Origin: a virus
Reading direction: 5' to 3' (one strand)
Length of the DNA stretch: 64,000 bases
Virus record (IMG/VR): IMGVR_UViG_3300021090_000016
Span: 3,552 to 67,551 of that record
Both the position numbers and the translations under genes were made by a program. The notes beneath the pieces were generated by a model. The model was given only the letters and a program-made list of their open reading frames with translations. It ran no database searches and was not told where the DNA came from. Positions 1 through 9,889 of the stretch are shown here, in pieces. The stretch's first letter is position 1; each line of letters starts with the position of its first letter.

Positions 1-2688
1 CTCGGCACAGCAGCCAAGAAGATTGGCGTTGGAGCTGGCACGCTCAGGGAGGGAATGGCTGGGCTAAAGGCCGGGACTCCAGAGATCGCCCAGCTGGCTA
101 GCGCTACTGGTAGGTCTGGAGCCGAACTCGCCGGACAACCCCTTCGACAGCTCCTTGGGACTGGCGGCTTGTCCAGTCTACTTGGCTTTGGCGGCACTCC
201 ATTGCTGACTGGAGAAGCTGGTGCCAAAACGCTGGACTATCTTAGCACAGCGGCTGGGTTGGCTGGCAAGGTTCCAGGCATTAAGCAGGTCGTTCAGCAC
301 CCGCTTACCGCAAGGCTTGGATCTGGACTAGCCACACTGTTCCGTCCCGAGAGAGGCGGAATCTTCAATGACGAGCTGGCACGGTACTACGAAAAGAACA
401 TTGGTCCAGCGCTTGAGAAGGCTGAGTTTGGTGTCAGGGAGGGCTACGTTGGTTCACTAAAGGAAGCTGGACAAGCTGGTTATCGTGGTGGTGCTGTAGA
501 GGATCTGGTCCGTGCCGCAGCAGAGGGGAATCTTCCGTCTGGCGTTGCACAAGGAACTGCTGAGTCCGCAGCCATAGCGAAGGGGCTGGAGCATAAGGCT
601 CTGAACGCAGCTAAGCTGGCAGAGCAGCACGAGTGGGGCATCCCTGTGAAGGAGTTGGAGGGCTACGGCCAACCGCGCTATAAGTCAGACGCATCGGTTG
701 GCACTGGAAAATTCGGGCGCAAACAGCTTGACCCATCACATCCATCGATGATCGCCCGCGAAGCTGCGTTCAAGGGTCCGTACCGCAATTTGCCAACGCA
801 GACAATTGAGGACATCCTTCATGACCCCATTGCAGCCGGAGCCGACAAGAGTAGTGCGCGCGATGCGATCATGGACATCATCGCCGGCAAGCAACTTGTC
901 CCAGGGACCGCTGAGTACCAAGCCGCATTTCGACAAGCTTCAGACCTCGCTGGCTTTGCTGGTGGCGTCGGTCTTCTAACCCCGGAGCAAAGATTCTTTG
1001 GCTCGGCGCTTGAGAACCAGGCGCGTGGCACTATGTTCGCTGATAGGGCGATCGCAACGTCTAAGGGTGTGCATGGATTCATCGCAGAAAGCATGCGCCC
1101 AATGGTTGATCTTGGGGCTGAAGGAGTCCCGTTGGACGCAGCACTTTTCGACAAGATGGGGCTCGGGCACAAGGTTTTGACTACTGCCGGAGAGCTTTCT
1201 GCCCCAATGGCAAAGCTGTCTGAGCTGACTGGAAAGTCCGTGGAAGAACTCTCGCAGTACGGCATGCCGGCAGACCTTGCCAACGCTGTCACAAAGCTCA
1301 TGCGGCCCATGTCAACGCCAGAGGCGATGCGTCCGTTCCTCGAAGTCTTCGACGCCGGCACGAACATCCTCAAGAAGCTGTTGACGGTAGTGTTTCCTGG
1401 CTTCCATGTTCGCAATATGGGCACGGTTGTCTGGCAGAACACCGTAGGGGGCATTGGTCCAGAGACACTGCTGGAGGCAAAGAATGTACTGAGCGGGGCA
1501 CCAGCGGCTGGCATGAAGGACATTCCGGCGTTCGCTGGCGCTGGACTCGATGACGTAGGCGCCATGCAGCGTCTAGCAGAAGGCGCCTACGCCAGAAAGC
1601 TGATCGTCCATGGCGTATCGCAGATCGACGCCTCGCTGACCGGAGGCGCAGCAAGGGAAATGTTCGAGGGTCTCGGAACGACCCTTCCAGGCGAGCCGGG
1701 ATGGCTTCCAATGACCGCTGGCAAGACCTTCAATCCGATCAAGCAGGGCGAAGCTGCTGCACGATACGTTGACGCAATGGGACGCATGAGCGCCTACATA
1801 GGATTTCTAAAGCAGGGATTCACCGAGGACATGGCGGCTGGTGGTGCCAAGGCGCTTCACTATGACTACGCGGCAATGACGCCATTTGATAAAGCTGTGT
1901 GGAAGCGGCTTTTTCCTTTTTGGGCTTGGACAAAAAAGAACTCCGAGTTCTTCATCAAGTCCATGCTCTCCGACCCAGCGCTCCCCCAGGCTGGCATCCG
2001 AGTTGGAACCAGCCTCAGAGACCCGAACACTTTCATCCCCGGCTTTATCGGAGAGGGCATAGGGCTACCGATGGCCGGGGCGCCTGAAGGTCATCAGCGA
2101 TACCTCTCCAGCCTCGGTTTGCCAATCGAGGATGAGCCGATCAAGGCGCTCGGTAGCGCACTTCACGGCGAGCCTAGCAGGGCTGTCGGACAGTTGCTGA
2201 GCCAGCTACATCCAGCCCTGAAGTACCCAATAGAGCTTGCGACTGGCACTCAGCTCTTCACGGGCAGGCGCCTTGAGGACCTGAAGCCCAGCACGCTTGC
2301 CAGTGGCCTGTCCCTTGGCTCTGAGGACACCGCCGGGGCACTGAGCCAGTTTATATCCAATACGCCAGCATCCCGCGCGTCCACCGTCATAGACAAGCTG
2401 ATGGACACGCTTGGTCCCAACGCTCGCAAGGGAGCGCCGGAAACTGCGTTGAACCTCTTGACTGGCGCTCGATTGACCGATGTTGATGTGGAACGTCAGC
2501 GGGAGATTGCTGCCAGCAAGATCATCGAGAGCCAGCTCAAGGGACACAAGGGCGTCAAGGTCTTCACCCGCCCATATGCCAAGGTCGCCGATATTCCCAA
2601 CCTTGCACCGGAGGACATCCTGCTTCTTCGGCTCCAGACCGGTCTGGAGAAGAGGGCGCGGGAGCGAATCAAGGTGAAGACAAAGTAG
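1..2688 (+). CDS. Large internal virion (ejection-type) protein, 5'-partial
   Basis: Frame is open from position 1. Ala/Gly-rich, with a C-terminal 'HYDY...LFPFWAWTKKN' motif typical of large podovirus internal proteins. Sits at the end of the late operon. Confidence 0.6.
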   Translation, partial: LGTAAKKIGVGAGTLREGMAGLKAGTPEIAQLASATGRSGAELAGQPLRQLLGTGGLSSLLGFGGTPLLTGEAGAKTLDYLSTAAGLAGKVPGIKQVVQHPLTARLGSGLATLFRPERGGIFNDELARYYEKNIGPALEKAEFGVREGYVGSLKEAGQAGYRGGAVEDLVRAAAEGNLPSGVAQGTAESAAIAKGLEHKALNAAKLAEQHEWGIPVKELEGYGQPRYKSDASVGTGKFGRKQLDPSHPSMIAREAAFKGPYRNLPTQTIEDILHDPIAAGADKSSARDAIMDIIAGKQLVPGTAEYQAAFRQASDLAGFAGGVGLLTPEQRFFGSALENQARGTMFADRAIATSKGVHGFIAESMRPMVDLGAEGVPLDAALFDKMGLGHKVLTTAGELSAPMAKLSELTGKSVEELSQYGMPADLANAVTKLMRPMSTPEAMRPFLEVFDAGTNILKKLLTVVFPGFHVRNMGTVVWQNTVGGIGPETLLEAKNVLSGAPAAGMKDIPAFAGAGLDDVGAMQRLAEGAYARKLIVHGVSQIDASLTGGAAREMFEGLGTTLPGEPGWLPMTAGKTFNPIKQGEAAARYVDAMGRMSAYIGFLKQGFTEDMAAGGAKALHYDYAAMTPFDKAVWKRLFPFWAWTKKNSEFFIKSMLSDPALPQAGIRVGTSLRDPNTFIPGFIGEGIGLPMAGAPEGHQRYLSSLGLPIEDEPIKALGSALHGEPSRAVGQLLSQLHPALKYPIELATGTQLFTGRRLEDLKPSTLASGLSLGSEDTAGALSQFISNTPASRASTVIDKLMDTLGPNARKGAPETALNLLTGARLTDVDVERQREIAASKIIESQLKGHKGVKVFTRPYAKVADIPNLAPEDILLLRLQTGLEKRARERIKVKTK

Positions 2689-2700
2689 AGGAGGCGGACG

Positions 2701-2868
2701 ATGCCACTGTCGAAGGGGAAGAGTGACGCTGCGGTTTCGTCTAACATCAAGGAATTGATGAGTAGTGGCAGACCACAGAAGCAAGCGGTTGCGATCGCAA
2801 TGCGCCAGGCTGGCAGAGGGAAGGTTGGGGTAAGGAAGAAGGGGCGAGTGGGTGTGAGGAGGAAGTAG
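2701..2868 (+). CDS. Small basic phage protein (MPLSKGKSDAAVSSNIKELMSSGRPQKQAVAIA...), 55 aa
   Basis: Hand-translated because it is below the ORF-track cutoff. GAGGAGG RBS; 'NI.ELM..GRPQKQAVAIA' is a common small phage family; Arg/Lys-rich tail. Confidence 0.75.
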   Translation: MPLSKGKSDAAVSSNIKELMSSGRPQKQAVAIAMRQAGRGKVGVRKKGRVGVRRK

Positions 2869-2886
2869 CCCACCCGCCCCAAGTGG

Positions 2887-3870
2887 TTACTCGTCAAATA
2901 GATCCTGGTCGCCATCCACTGCGTTGTCCTGGTTGACATCACCAGGGATCGGGAACTGCTCGCTCCCAGTTCCGGTCAACCTCTTGATTGTCCGCTTGGC
3001 AAGGTAAGCCATAAGCGCCTGCTCGGCCTTCTCGTAGATGATAGTACCATGCACGCCACCGTATGACTTGTTTTTCAATGCCTCAAGGAGACAATTGCGC
3101 AATGTCACCATAGCCTGATCGTCGCGTGGGCATGCCTGCTCGCCGCTTTTCAGCTGTTTGCAAAATGTTGACAGCCTAACCCTGTCATGAGTGTACCAGG
3201 CCCGTGCCACCACAGCGTAGATCGGGGCGATACAGATTCCACGGCGCTTTCCGCCAAAGCTGCGTATCGCAAACTCGATGGCGTCGATATGCTCCTCGAT
3301 GTAGTCAATGACAACCTGGTTTGACACTGGGACCTTGCTGCAATTGCCATCCTTCATGCGGCGAGCAATGGCGACGTGCAGGTGGGTTATAGTCACCATG
3401 CCTGACATCCTGGCACCATCACTTACACTACGGACGCTGCCAGTGTCAAAGACAGGTACGCCTTCCTTGGGCACATCAAAGCACACCATCATCACAACGC
3501 CAATGCCAGACTCGGCGATAGCCTCCAGGCGGTTCTGACCATCCACGAGCCAACCATCCGTGTCAAAGGCAATTCCCTGGTGAGTCTCCCTCCACCTTCC
3601 GTTCTTAATGTCCTCGACCATGAGACCGATCTTCCAGAGCTTCTTCCTACGGTTATTGGGGTGATTCATCTCATCCACAATCCACCGTGCGGCAGACGCC
3701 GAGATGAAGTACCAGCCCCAGGTCATGTTTGTCTTCCTTGGGCTAAGGAGCGACTTGGCGTGGGCCAGTGGATTTTTAATCACTGGCTTCGCCGAAGAGC
3801 AGCTCCTTGCGATCGTCGCCTGATCCTGGTTGTTCATCATCACTGCATTGTTGAACGTCTCTGCGACCAT
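2887..3870 (-). CDS. ParB/Srx-like N-terminal domain protein (start uncertain)
   Basis: 'GIAFDTDGWLVDGQNRLEAI' ParB-like motif. Confidence 0.7.
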   Translation of the reverse strand: MVAETFNNAVMMNNQDQATIARSCSSAKPVIKNPLAHAKSLLSPRKTNMTWGWYFISASAARWIVDEMNHPNNRRKKLWKIGLMVEDIKNGRWRETHQGIAFDTDGWLVDGQNRLEAIAESGIGVVMMVCFDVPKEGVPVFDTGSVRSVSDGARMSGMVTITHLHVAIARRMKDGNCSKVPVSNQVVIDYIEEHIDAIEFAIRSFGGKRRGICIAPIYAVVARAWYTHDRVRLSTFCKQLKSGEQACPRDDQAMVTLRNCLLEALKNKSYGGVHGTIIYEKAEQALMAYLAKRTIKRLTGTGSEQFPIPGDVNQDNAVDGDQDLFDE

Positions 3871-4414
3871 AAAAGAGGTCCTCTCTAATGTCGTTGCCCC
3901 AAACAGTCCAACCATCAACTGCCTGTCTAGCGAATAGTTCCAATCGGGGAGATGGGCTGGACCGTTCGATCAGCAACCTGGTCTTCTCTGGCTTGGCACT
4001 GTGCTCGCCAGAATCTGCCATCAACCAACTATTCAGTTTCTTGCTGCGGAACTTACAGTTCCCACGAACGCCTAGAAGCATTAACTCATGTGAAACCCTC
4101 CAGTAGTTTCCCATCCCAAAGCGATTCTTGATCCACACAAAGCTCGACTTGTATTCAAATCCCCACGCTGCCATGACTACAAGTGCATCTGGCAACAGTG
4201 GGCTTGTGGCCCATAGATGAAGATGGGAGTTATCGGCTGCGAGTTCCTTAATTGGCAGTGCTGCAAGATCGTGGATTGAAAGAGTTGGGTAGTTCTTTGC
4301 AGCACTACTCCTGGTTGCCTTGTTGCTGTACTGCCATGGCGGATCGGCGTAGATGGTCCCGAACTTGGCGCCGGAATCAACGAGCTGCTCCAGTGATTTG
4401 GCAACGTACTTCAT
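3776..4414 (-). CDS. MT-A70 family N6-adenine methyltransferase
   Basis: 'IYADPPW', 'HLHLWAT', 'HSAKP' and 'RLELFAR...GWTVWGN' motifs. Confidence 0.9.
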   Translation of the reverse strand: MKYVAKSLEQLVDSGAKFGTIYADPPWQYSNKATRSSAAKNYPTLSIHDLAALPIKELAADNSHLHLWATSPLLPDALVVMAAWGFEYKSSFVWIKNRFGMGNYWRVSHELMLLGVRGNCKFRSKKLNSWLMADSGEHSAKPEKTRLLIERSSPSPRLELFARQAVDGWTVWGNDIREDLFYGRRDVQQCSDDEQPGSGDDRKELLFGEASD

Positions 4415-4848
4415 CAGTTCCCGTACACTTTGATCGTTGACCCATCCGCCGTCCCATCCCCAAGCCGCTCGTTTATCGCCGCCCGCAACTCAGCCCGAGA
4501 CCGGCAGAGTTCTACATCTCGTTTCATCATGTCACGGAGTACCGCCTCGGGGATCTTCTTGTCAGTAGCCGCCGCCCACTTGACCTGGCAGAGATCCCAG
4601 AGATCATGGTTCGCCTTAACAAGCTGCTTGACCAGCTCCTCAACCCCTCCTTTCTCCAGGATGCGGTCCAGCTCGCCGTGCAGCTCACATTCGGTGTGCT
4701 GCGACTTCAGGCAGTCGATGATGAGCTTCTCGATCAGCTCCGCGATGTTAACTGTCACTGCCTTCTCCTTCTCTTTGTGCCAGAACCTACGGAAGAAAAG
4801 CATCTTGTTGGGATCGCCCGCCAGGAAGAAGCGTTCCAGCATCGTCAT
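4414..4848 (-). CDS. Hypothetical helical protein
   Basis: Its start overlaps the DUF5131 stop and its stop overlaps the MT-A70 start. Confidence 0.5.
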   Translation of the reverse strand: MTMLERFFLAGDPNKMLFFRRFWHKEKEKAVTVNIAELIEKLIIDCLKSQHTECELHGELDRILEKGGVEELVKQLVKANHDLWDLCQVKWAAATDKKIPEAVLRDMMKRDVELCRSRAELRAAINERLGDGTADGSTIKVYGN

Positions 4849-5840
4849 CTGGGAAACTCCTGCACGCGAAGATGCTCGGGCCACTCCGCCGCATCCTTTG
4901 ACACCCTCCCATCCAGCACGATCTGCTTGCGGAAGAACGCCACACCTGCCGCACGACACTGCCGCTCAATGGCCTGGTCCCACTCCAGTGACCACGGGCG
5001 CCTGCCAAGACCGCTCTCGCAGCCTGTGATAACCCAGTCAATGGTGTGGACGCGATTCAATTCAGTAACCGACTCGCCCCACGGTTCGGTTCCGCCAGAA
5101 TCGCGCGGCACGAATTGCTTCAAGGCGTGCATCGTCCCCATCGGTTGGCCTGGGTGATAGGTTGGATTTGTTTTCCAATCATCATCCTTGACAGCCGTGA
5201 GATCCACTGGCCCGAGCATTGGCTCGATGGAAAGGAACCGTACCGCTGCTGGAATCTTGAGCAGAACTGGGATACGCTCGCCGGCGCGCTTCTGGTCCTC
5301 TACCGAAACTCCCAGCCAGACGTTAGGCATGGGCCAGCACGACAGCGCCTTGTTTGGCGGCGGCTGGATGTTGTCAGCCTGGTACGCAATGCGGAACCCT
5401 CGTGGCAGGCTCGGGCCTCCATCGCCCATGTCAATTGACTGCATGTACTCCAGCATCCGCTCCGGTCGCTTCGTCAAGACCTGGTGCGTGTGCTGTGGCG
5501 TCAAAGCCATCGTGGCGAAGCACTTGTCGATCCAGTCGTCTGGCACCCAGGAGCCGAACAGATCCGTCATGTCACACCAGAAATACTTCGTTGGCTTCTT
5601 CCGGCGAATGACTTCCTTGAGCTTGCTTTCGTCGAGGAACGGCTCCATCTCCTTGCTGTGAGGCCCACTGGTGCCACCGTAGGTAGGAGTGCCGAGTCGT
5701 ACCTGGAACGCTGAGGCGTAGCAATTAGCACAGCCCTGGCTGACCTTCTCGCAGTAATGCCCGATCTTGTCAGTATCCATGCTGCGGGCACGTATCGGGT
5801 TGATGCTGTGGTCGGTCCAGGAAATCGCTGTTTTAGCCAT
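4845..5840 (-). CDS. DUF5131 (phage Gp37/Gp68) family protein
   Basis: 'TAISWTDHSINP', 'CEKVSQGCANCYA', 'HQVLTKRPER', 'NVWLGVSVE', 'RFLSIEPMLGP', 'WVITGCESG'. Confidence 0.9.
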   Translation of the reverse strand: MAKTAISWTDHSINPIRARSMDTDKIGHYCEKVSQGCANCYASAFQVRLGTPTYGGTSGPHSKEMEPFLDESKLKEVIRRKKPTKYFWCDMTDLFGSWVPDDWIDKCFATMALTPQHTHQVLTKRPERMLEYMQSIDMGDGGPSLPRGFRIAYQADNIQPPPNKALSCWPMPNVWLGVSVEDQKRAGERIPVLLKIPAAVRFLSIEPMLGPVDLTAVKDDDWKTNPTYHPGQPMGTMHALKQFVPRDSGGTEPWGESVTELNRVHTIDWVITGCESGLGRRPWSLEWDQAIERQCRAAGVAFFRKQIVLDGRVSKDAAEWPEHLRVQEFPR

Positions 5841-6048
5841 TCGTTGCCTCCTTCTTCTCGTGCTTCAGCAGCAAGACGCCAGCCCTGCTCATTGCGTTGT
5901 CCCAAAACTCCAGGTCCTTCTTCCGTAGAAGAGGAGGACCATTCTGGGCGCCGTACAGAAGCCGAAGAACGTCCACCAGCTCAGCTCGCTCGGCTTCCAC
6001 CTCAGCGATCCTGGAGCTATACTTCTCTGCCACCATGTACTGATTCAT
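5833..6048 (-). CDS. Hypothetical protein
   Basis: Overlaps both neighbouring genes in operon fashion. Confidence 0.5.
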   Translation of the reverse strand: MNQYMVAEKYSSRIAEVEAERAELVDVLRLLYGAQNGPPLLRKKDLEFWDNAMSRAGVLLLKHEKKEATNG

Positions 6049-6743
6049 CGCAAGAGTTCCTCGTAGTTGCTCCAGAAAACTGGGTCATTCGTATGTATCA
6101 CGCTCGTCTCCGGGGTGAAGTTGTGGAACGTGAACGACAGATCCGCAGTGTGCCCTATCTTGACAACAGGTCCATCAACGCCTATGTACTTCTCCTTGTG
6201 TGGATGTACCATAGTCCAGAGTGGGTACGTGTGTTGTCTCCAGGTGGGGCAGTTAAAGTCTAAGCTCTTCGTCAGGTGATGCTCGTTGAAGTCCCGATCG
6301 AATGATAGCCGGTGGGCAGGGAACAGCCCGAGCTTCGTTACTTCCGGCAGGTTGAAGTGCAGGTTGCAGAAGTCGATCCAAGGATGACCGGGCCACATGG
6401 TCGTATATGTCAGGGCCTTTCCGCTCTCGGCAAAGCGCTGCTCGAACTTGTACCAATGCCAAGCATCTGTGGGAATCATGTCGGCGTGAAGGAAGCTGGC
6501 TAGGTCAATCCCCTTCAGAGATGCCATATCGATCAGGTGGTTGAGTGCATGGATGATACTCGCCGCCTTGCACGGCTCCTCATCTGCCCAGATCAGATCG
6601 TCGCAGGGGACTCCCATTGGTCTTCCAGGACCATCGTAGTACAGGTACAAACTGCTGGATGGGAAGTGCTTGCGCAGTAGACCAATGCACAGCTTCGCCT
6701 GCTCTAGATCGTTGTGGGAGTTCATGATGAATGCGTGCTTCAC
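6045..6743 (-). CDS. Putative GT-A-fold glycosyltransferase-like protein
   Basis: N-terminal beta/alpha pattern, 'LYYDG', and 'FLHADM' at the DxD-equivalent position. Confidence 0.4.
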   Translation of the reverse strand: MKHAFIMNSHNDLEQAKLCIGLLRKHFPSSSLYLYYDGPGRPMGVPCDDLIWADEEPCKAASIIHALNHLIDMASLKGIDLASFLHADMIPTDAWHWYKFEQRFAESGKALTYTTMWPGHPWIDFCNLHFNLPEVTKLGLFPAHRLSFDRDFNEHHLTKSLDFNCPTWRQHTYPLWTMVHPHKEKYIGVDGPVVKIGHTADLSFTFHNFTPETSVIHTNDPVFWSNYEELLR

Positions 6744-7050
6744 TCGTAGTCCTCCTCAATTCACTGAATCGCTGTAACCCCATGGGATGGGGAACAGCAT
6801 CGGGATCAGGTGGTTCTTGTACTGCTTGGTGTATCGCAAGTAGTGAGCCCCACAATGATCTGGGCAGCATATGGGGCCACACCCGCGTTCCAGGTTCACC
6901 GTAAGCTCGCCCTCCGCGTCACACTTAATGCAGGAGTAAGAGAATACGTCCGCATCATCCTCTCTCCTCAGAAAATGGGTCATCATACCCTTGTGCTCTA
7001 GATTTGGTACTCACTCTCGCTTAGCGGTCGTTCCCATGGACCATCGGTGT

Positions 7051-7497
7051 TCATCCATGCTTTCTTCTCTCCAGTTCTGTGACAGATACGTTGACACACG
7101 GCTTCTCGTTGCCAGAAGAAATCCGCTTAGCCACAACTAAGTGGCAGACCTGCCCATCGTCAAGCCAAAGAATGCCATTGAGCGCATCCAGGATTGCTTT
7201 GGCCAAGTTGTCCACGTCAGGTTTACTGGCGTGCCACTCCCACGGCATCGGCTTAGTCTTCCAGACCCTTGACTTCGGACGGGGCATTAGAAACTGGAGG
7301 GACACCCCGACCGGGCCAACCAGCGGTTTTCGCCCTCTGAGTGCCATGCGGGCGACCAGCCGTGCAGCCAGCTTAAAGGCGTGGATTGGGTGCCCCTTCT
7401 CAGCCTCGTACACAGAAGCGTGCCCGCCACGCCTACACGCCCTCGGGCGAGGCTGAGCGATTGGTATGGCGGGCACGCTAAACTCAATCACTTCCAT
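7051..7497 (-). CDS. rusA: RusA family Holliday junction resolvase
   Basis: 'KPDVDNLAKAILDALNGILWLDDGQV' signature. Confidence 0.9.
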   Translation of the reverse strand: MEVIEFSVPAIPIAQPRPRACRRGGHASVYEAEKGHPIHAFKLAARLVARMALRGRKPLVGPVGVSLQFLMPRPKSRVWKTKPMPWEWHASKPDVDNLAKAILDALNGILWLDDGQVCHLVVAKRISSGNEKPCVNVSVTELERRKHG

Positions 7498-7499
7498 GC

Positions 7500-7769
7500 T
7501 TACTGCTCCAGTTGATCGAGCTCGTTGGCGAACCCAAGGTCTTCACAGGTGCGCTGGGCCATCGCTGCAATCTGGACCAGCTCCTTGGCGATATTGAACG
7601 GCTCACGGCTCTCCTTCCGCAGCCTGGCAATCTCCCACAGCTCGTCAACCTCCTCAAGTATGATAGCCCACCCCTCGTGCAGGCTTGCCATCTTGGGGTG
7701 GTGCTCTCTTGCTACTGCCAGCTCCCTGCGTAGGGCCTGGGCGAACCTGGTTTCACTGACCTGTGCCAT
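7500..7769 (-). CDS. MazG-like all-alpha NTP pyrophosphatase-fold protein
   Basis: 'IILEEVDEL...KELVQIAAMA'. Confidence 0.55.
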   Translation of the reverse strand: MAQVSETRFAQALRRELAVAREHHPKMASLHEGWAIILEEVDELWEIARLRKESREPFNIAKELVQIAAMAQRTCEDLGFANELDQLEQ

Positions 7770-8373
7770 TTGCCTGTTCCTCCTGTGGCTGTTCCTCGTT
7801 CGTAACACCTATGGCTGCTGGCGAACTTGCGTTCCGTCGCCTCCAGAATATCTCCAGTGCATGCTCGATCATCTCCGCCTTGACTGCCCCGACGCCCGGT
7901 ATGTCAGTCAAGACGTGGTTGTCGTTGATGAAGTCGCTCAACTGACCAAGCGTCTGGATGCTAGACGCATGGCACTTCTCGATGATGCCATGCGGCAGCC
8001 CGAGGAAGAGGGTTGATAGCAAGGTGTCCCGCCAGCTCAGATCCTCCTGGGTCTGGTCCTTGGCCTGCGGCGGATGGTTACAGCCATCCTCCACTTCATC
8101 GGACTCGCCTGTAGTGCTGTCGAACATCGGGCACTCTTCCAGCGTGGAGGCCATTGCCTTGTCGAACTCCTCCTGCTTGGCCTCCCACGACTTCTTCAGC
8201 TTCTTGGCTTCGTCATTCGCCTCGAAGTAGGCGCCCTTAGCACTCTGCGTCTCACGCCACTGATTCACTAGATGCCTTGGCACGATCGGCGTGTCAGAAG
8301 GCATCCCGATCCCAGGATTGGGTTGTCCCGTGTTGTCGCTCAGATCGCCGTTTACAACTGCCTCATCGCTCAT
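7753..8373 (-). CDS. Protein with coiled coil and C-terminal HhH / RNAP alpha-CTD-like domain
   Basis: GGAG RBS before ATG 8373; 'SSIQTLGQL...LTDIPGVGAVKAEMI'. Confidence 0.5.
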   Translation of the reverse strand: MSDEAVVNGDLSDNTGQPNPGIGMPSDTPIVPRHLVNQWRETQSAKGAYFEANDEAKKLKKSWEAKQEEFDKAMASTLEECPMFDSTTGESDEVEDGCNHPPQAKDQTQEDLSWRDTLLSTLFLGLPHGIIEKCHASSIQTLGQLSDFINDNHVLTDIPGVGAVKAEMIEHALEIFWRRRNASSPAAIGVTNEEQPQEEQANGTGQ

Positions 8374-8468
8374 CTGTTTCTCCGTGATTGGATATAGTGG
8401 TCCTTCAATTACAGCCCTCATCTTCTTGAGGATGCCCAGGATTGCCTGCCTTTGTTTATGACTGAGCT

Positions 8469-9290
8469 TCAAAAGTTTAGCCATACAGACTCCGTGGTTC
8501 TTCGCTTCTCCTTGCCACCAGCACAGTTCATCGGCACATCGAAGTCCTCCCGTCTCCAGTCCTTGAGATACTCGTCATACATCTCGCTTCGTTTGCCAGA
8601 CAGCATGATCTTGCCCTTCATGAGCCGTATCACTGTCAGAAGACCAATGTGTTGCAACCTGGTCATTTCGCACTCATACACGTCTGGCGATGCTCGCTCA
8701 TCTGGCAGATAAGGAGGATCGAGATAGAAGAGAGTCGTGGGACCATCTTGTTTTACGATCATGTCCGTGGCTGGCTGGTTCAGAATGACAACCCGCCTCA
8801 GTCGAGCGTGGACCTCGGGTAGCCCATCGATTGCCGATAGCCATGCTGCTGCTTGCTCATTCATCCCACGACGCACCCTGGTTTTAGACAATGGGGCAAA
8901 GCTCTTCATCCTTCCAGAGAGAGACTGGCGGCAGTTGATAAAGAAAGCAAAGGCATGCTCCGGCTCGGCACCTGGCACCGGTGTTCGCCTATCATCCAAA
9001 TAGACATGGGCTTCTACCCACTCCTGTTCACTAAACGGCGAGGCGATTGCCAGCCGTTGGAAACTATCGAACCAATCTTGGCGTTGAAGCACGAGCCAGA
9101 AGTTCATCAGCCCTCCGCTCAAGTCGTTGACAACCTCGCTGATCCCATTCGGATCGTTCGCAAGCATCACAGCCAGCGAACCTGCGTATGGTTCAACGTA
9201 GTGGCACCACTGGTCGCGTGGCGGCATCAGCTCGATGATCCGCTTGGCAAGGTACGATTTGCCACCATGATATTTCAGCGGGCTCTTCAC
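8469..9290 (-). CDS. dam: Dam-family (D12 class) DNA adenine methyltransferase
   Basis: 'LKYHGGKS', 'YVEPYAGS', 'VVND', 'FYLDPPY'. Confidence 0.9.
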   Translation of the reverse strand: MKSPLKYHGGKSYLAKRIIELMPPRDQWCHYVEPYAGSLAVMLANDPNGISEVVNDLSGGLMNFWLVLQRQDWFDSFQRLAIASPFSEQEWVEAHVYLDDRRTPVPGAEPEHAFAFFINCRQSLSGRMKSFAPLSKTRVRRGMNEQAAAWLSAIDGLPEVHARLRRVVILNQPATDMIVKQDGPTTLFYLDPPYLPDERASPDVYECEMTRLQHIGLLTVIRLMKGKIMLSGKRSEMYDEYLKDWRREDFDVPMNCAGGKEKRRTTESVWLNF

Positions 9291-9544
9291 GTCGCCTCCT
9301 CATAGGATGGTTGTTACAACGACTTCACAATGCCCAATACCCGTGTCTTTCAAGAATCGCTGCTTACTGACGTAGACCGGATTATTGTCCTTGATGTAAT
9401 TAGTCGCATCGTCGAGCGCGCGGTCAAACTCGTCGCGCAGAGTTGGGAAATCGTCATCGACGATGGCAGTTTGCCTGAACTGATTGCCAAACTTGACCAG
9501 TCGTTCCAACAGCTGCCGTTCTTTCACGACCTTCTCTTCAGGTT

Positions 9545-9889
9545 TCATCTCTTTCCTCCGTTTGCCACAAACCGCCGGATGCGCTTTGCGACAACACCTG
9601 GTCCGCGCTGGCGACCATAACCAATCGGAGAAAACAGGCAAGTCGCTTGATAGTGCGTAATGCTAAACAGTTTGGCAGCTGCATCGAATGCAATGAGCCG
9701 ACCCAAAGCAGGGCACAGCATGTCATATCTGGTCATCAACTTAAGCCCAACCCTCTTGAACGCAGGTATATCGCACGCATGCCCCATGGCGCAGCCAACT
9801 GAGCCGCAGCGCCAAATGTCAATGTTGAAGTTCTTGCGTGGTACAGTGTCAAGATAGTCGGCGAGCTTGAGCAGTCGTTTCTTGTTCAT
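9545..9889 (-). CDS. Hypothetical protein (MNKKRLLKLADYL...CGSVGCAMGH)
   Basis: GGAG RBS; conserved-looking small phage protein with a CxxxxC motif. Confidence 0.55.
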   Translation of the reverse strand: MNKKRLLKLADYLDTVPRKNFNIDIWRCGSVGCAMGHACDIPAFKRVGLKLMTRYDMLCPALGRLIAFDAAAKLFSITHYQATCLFSPIGYGRQRGPGVVAKRIRRFVANGGKR

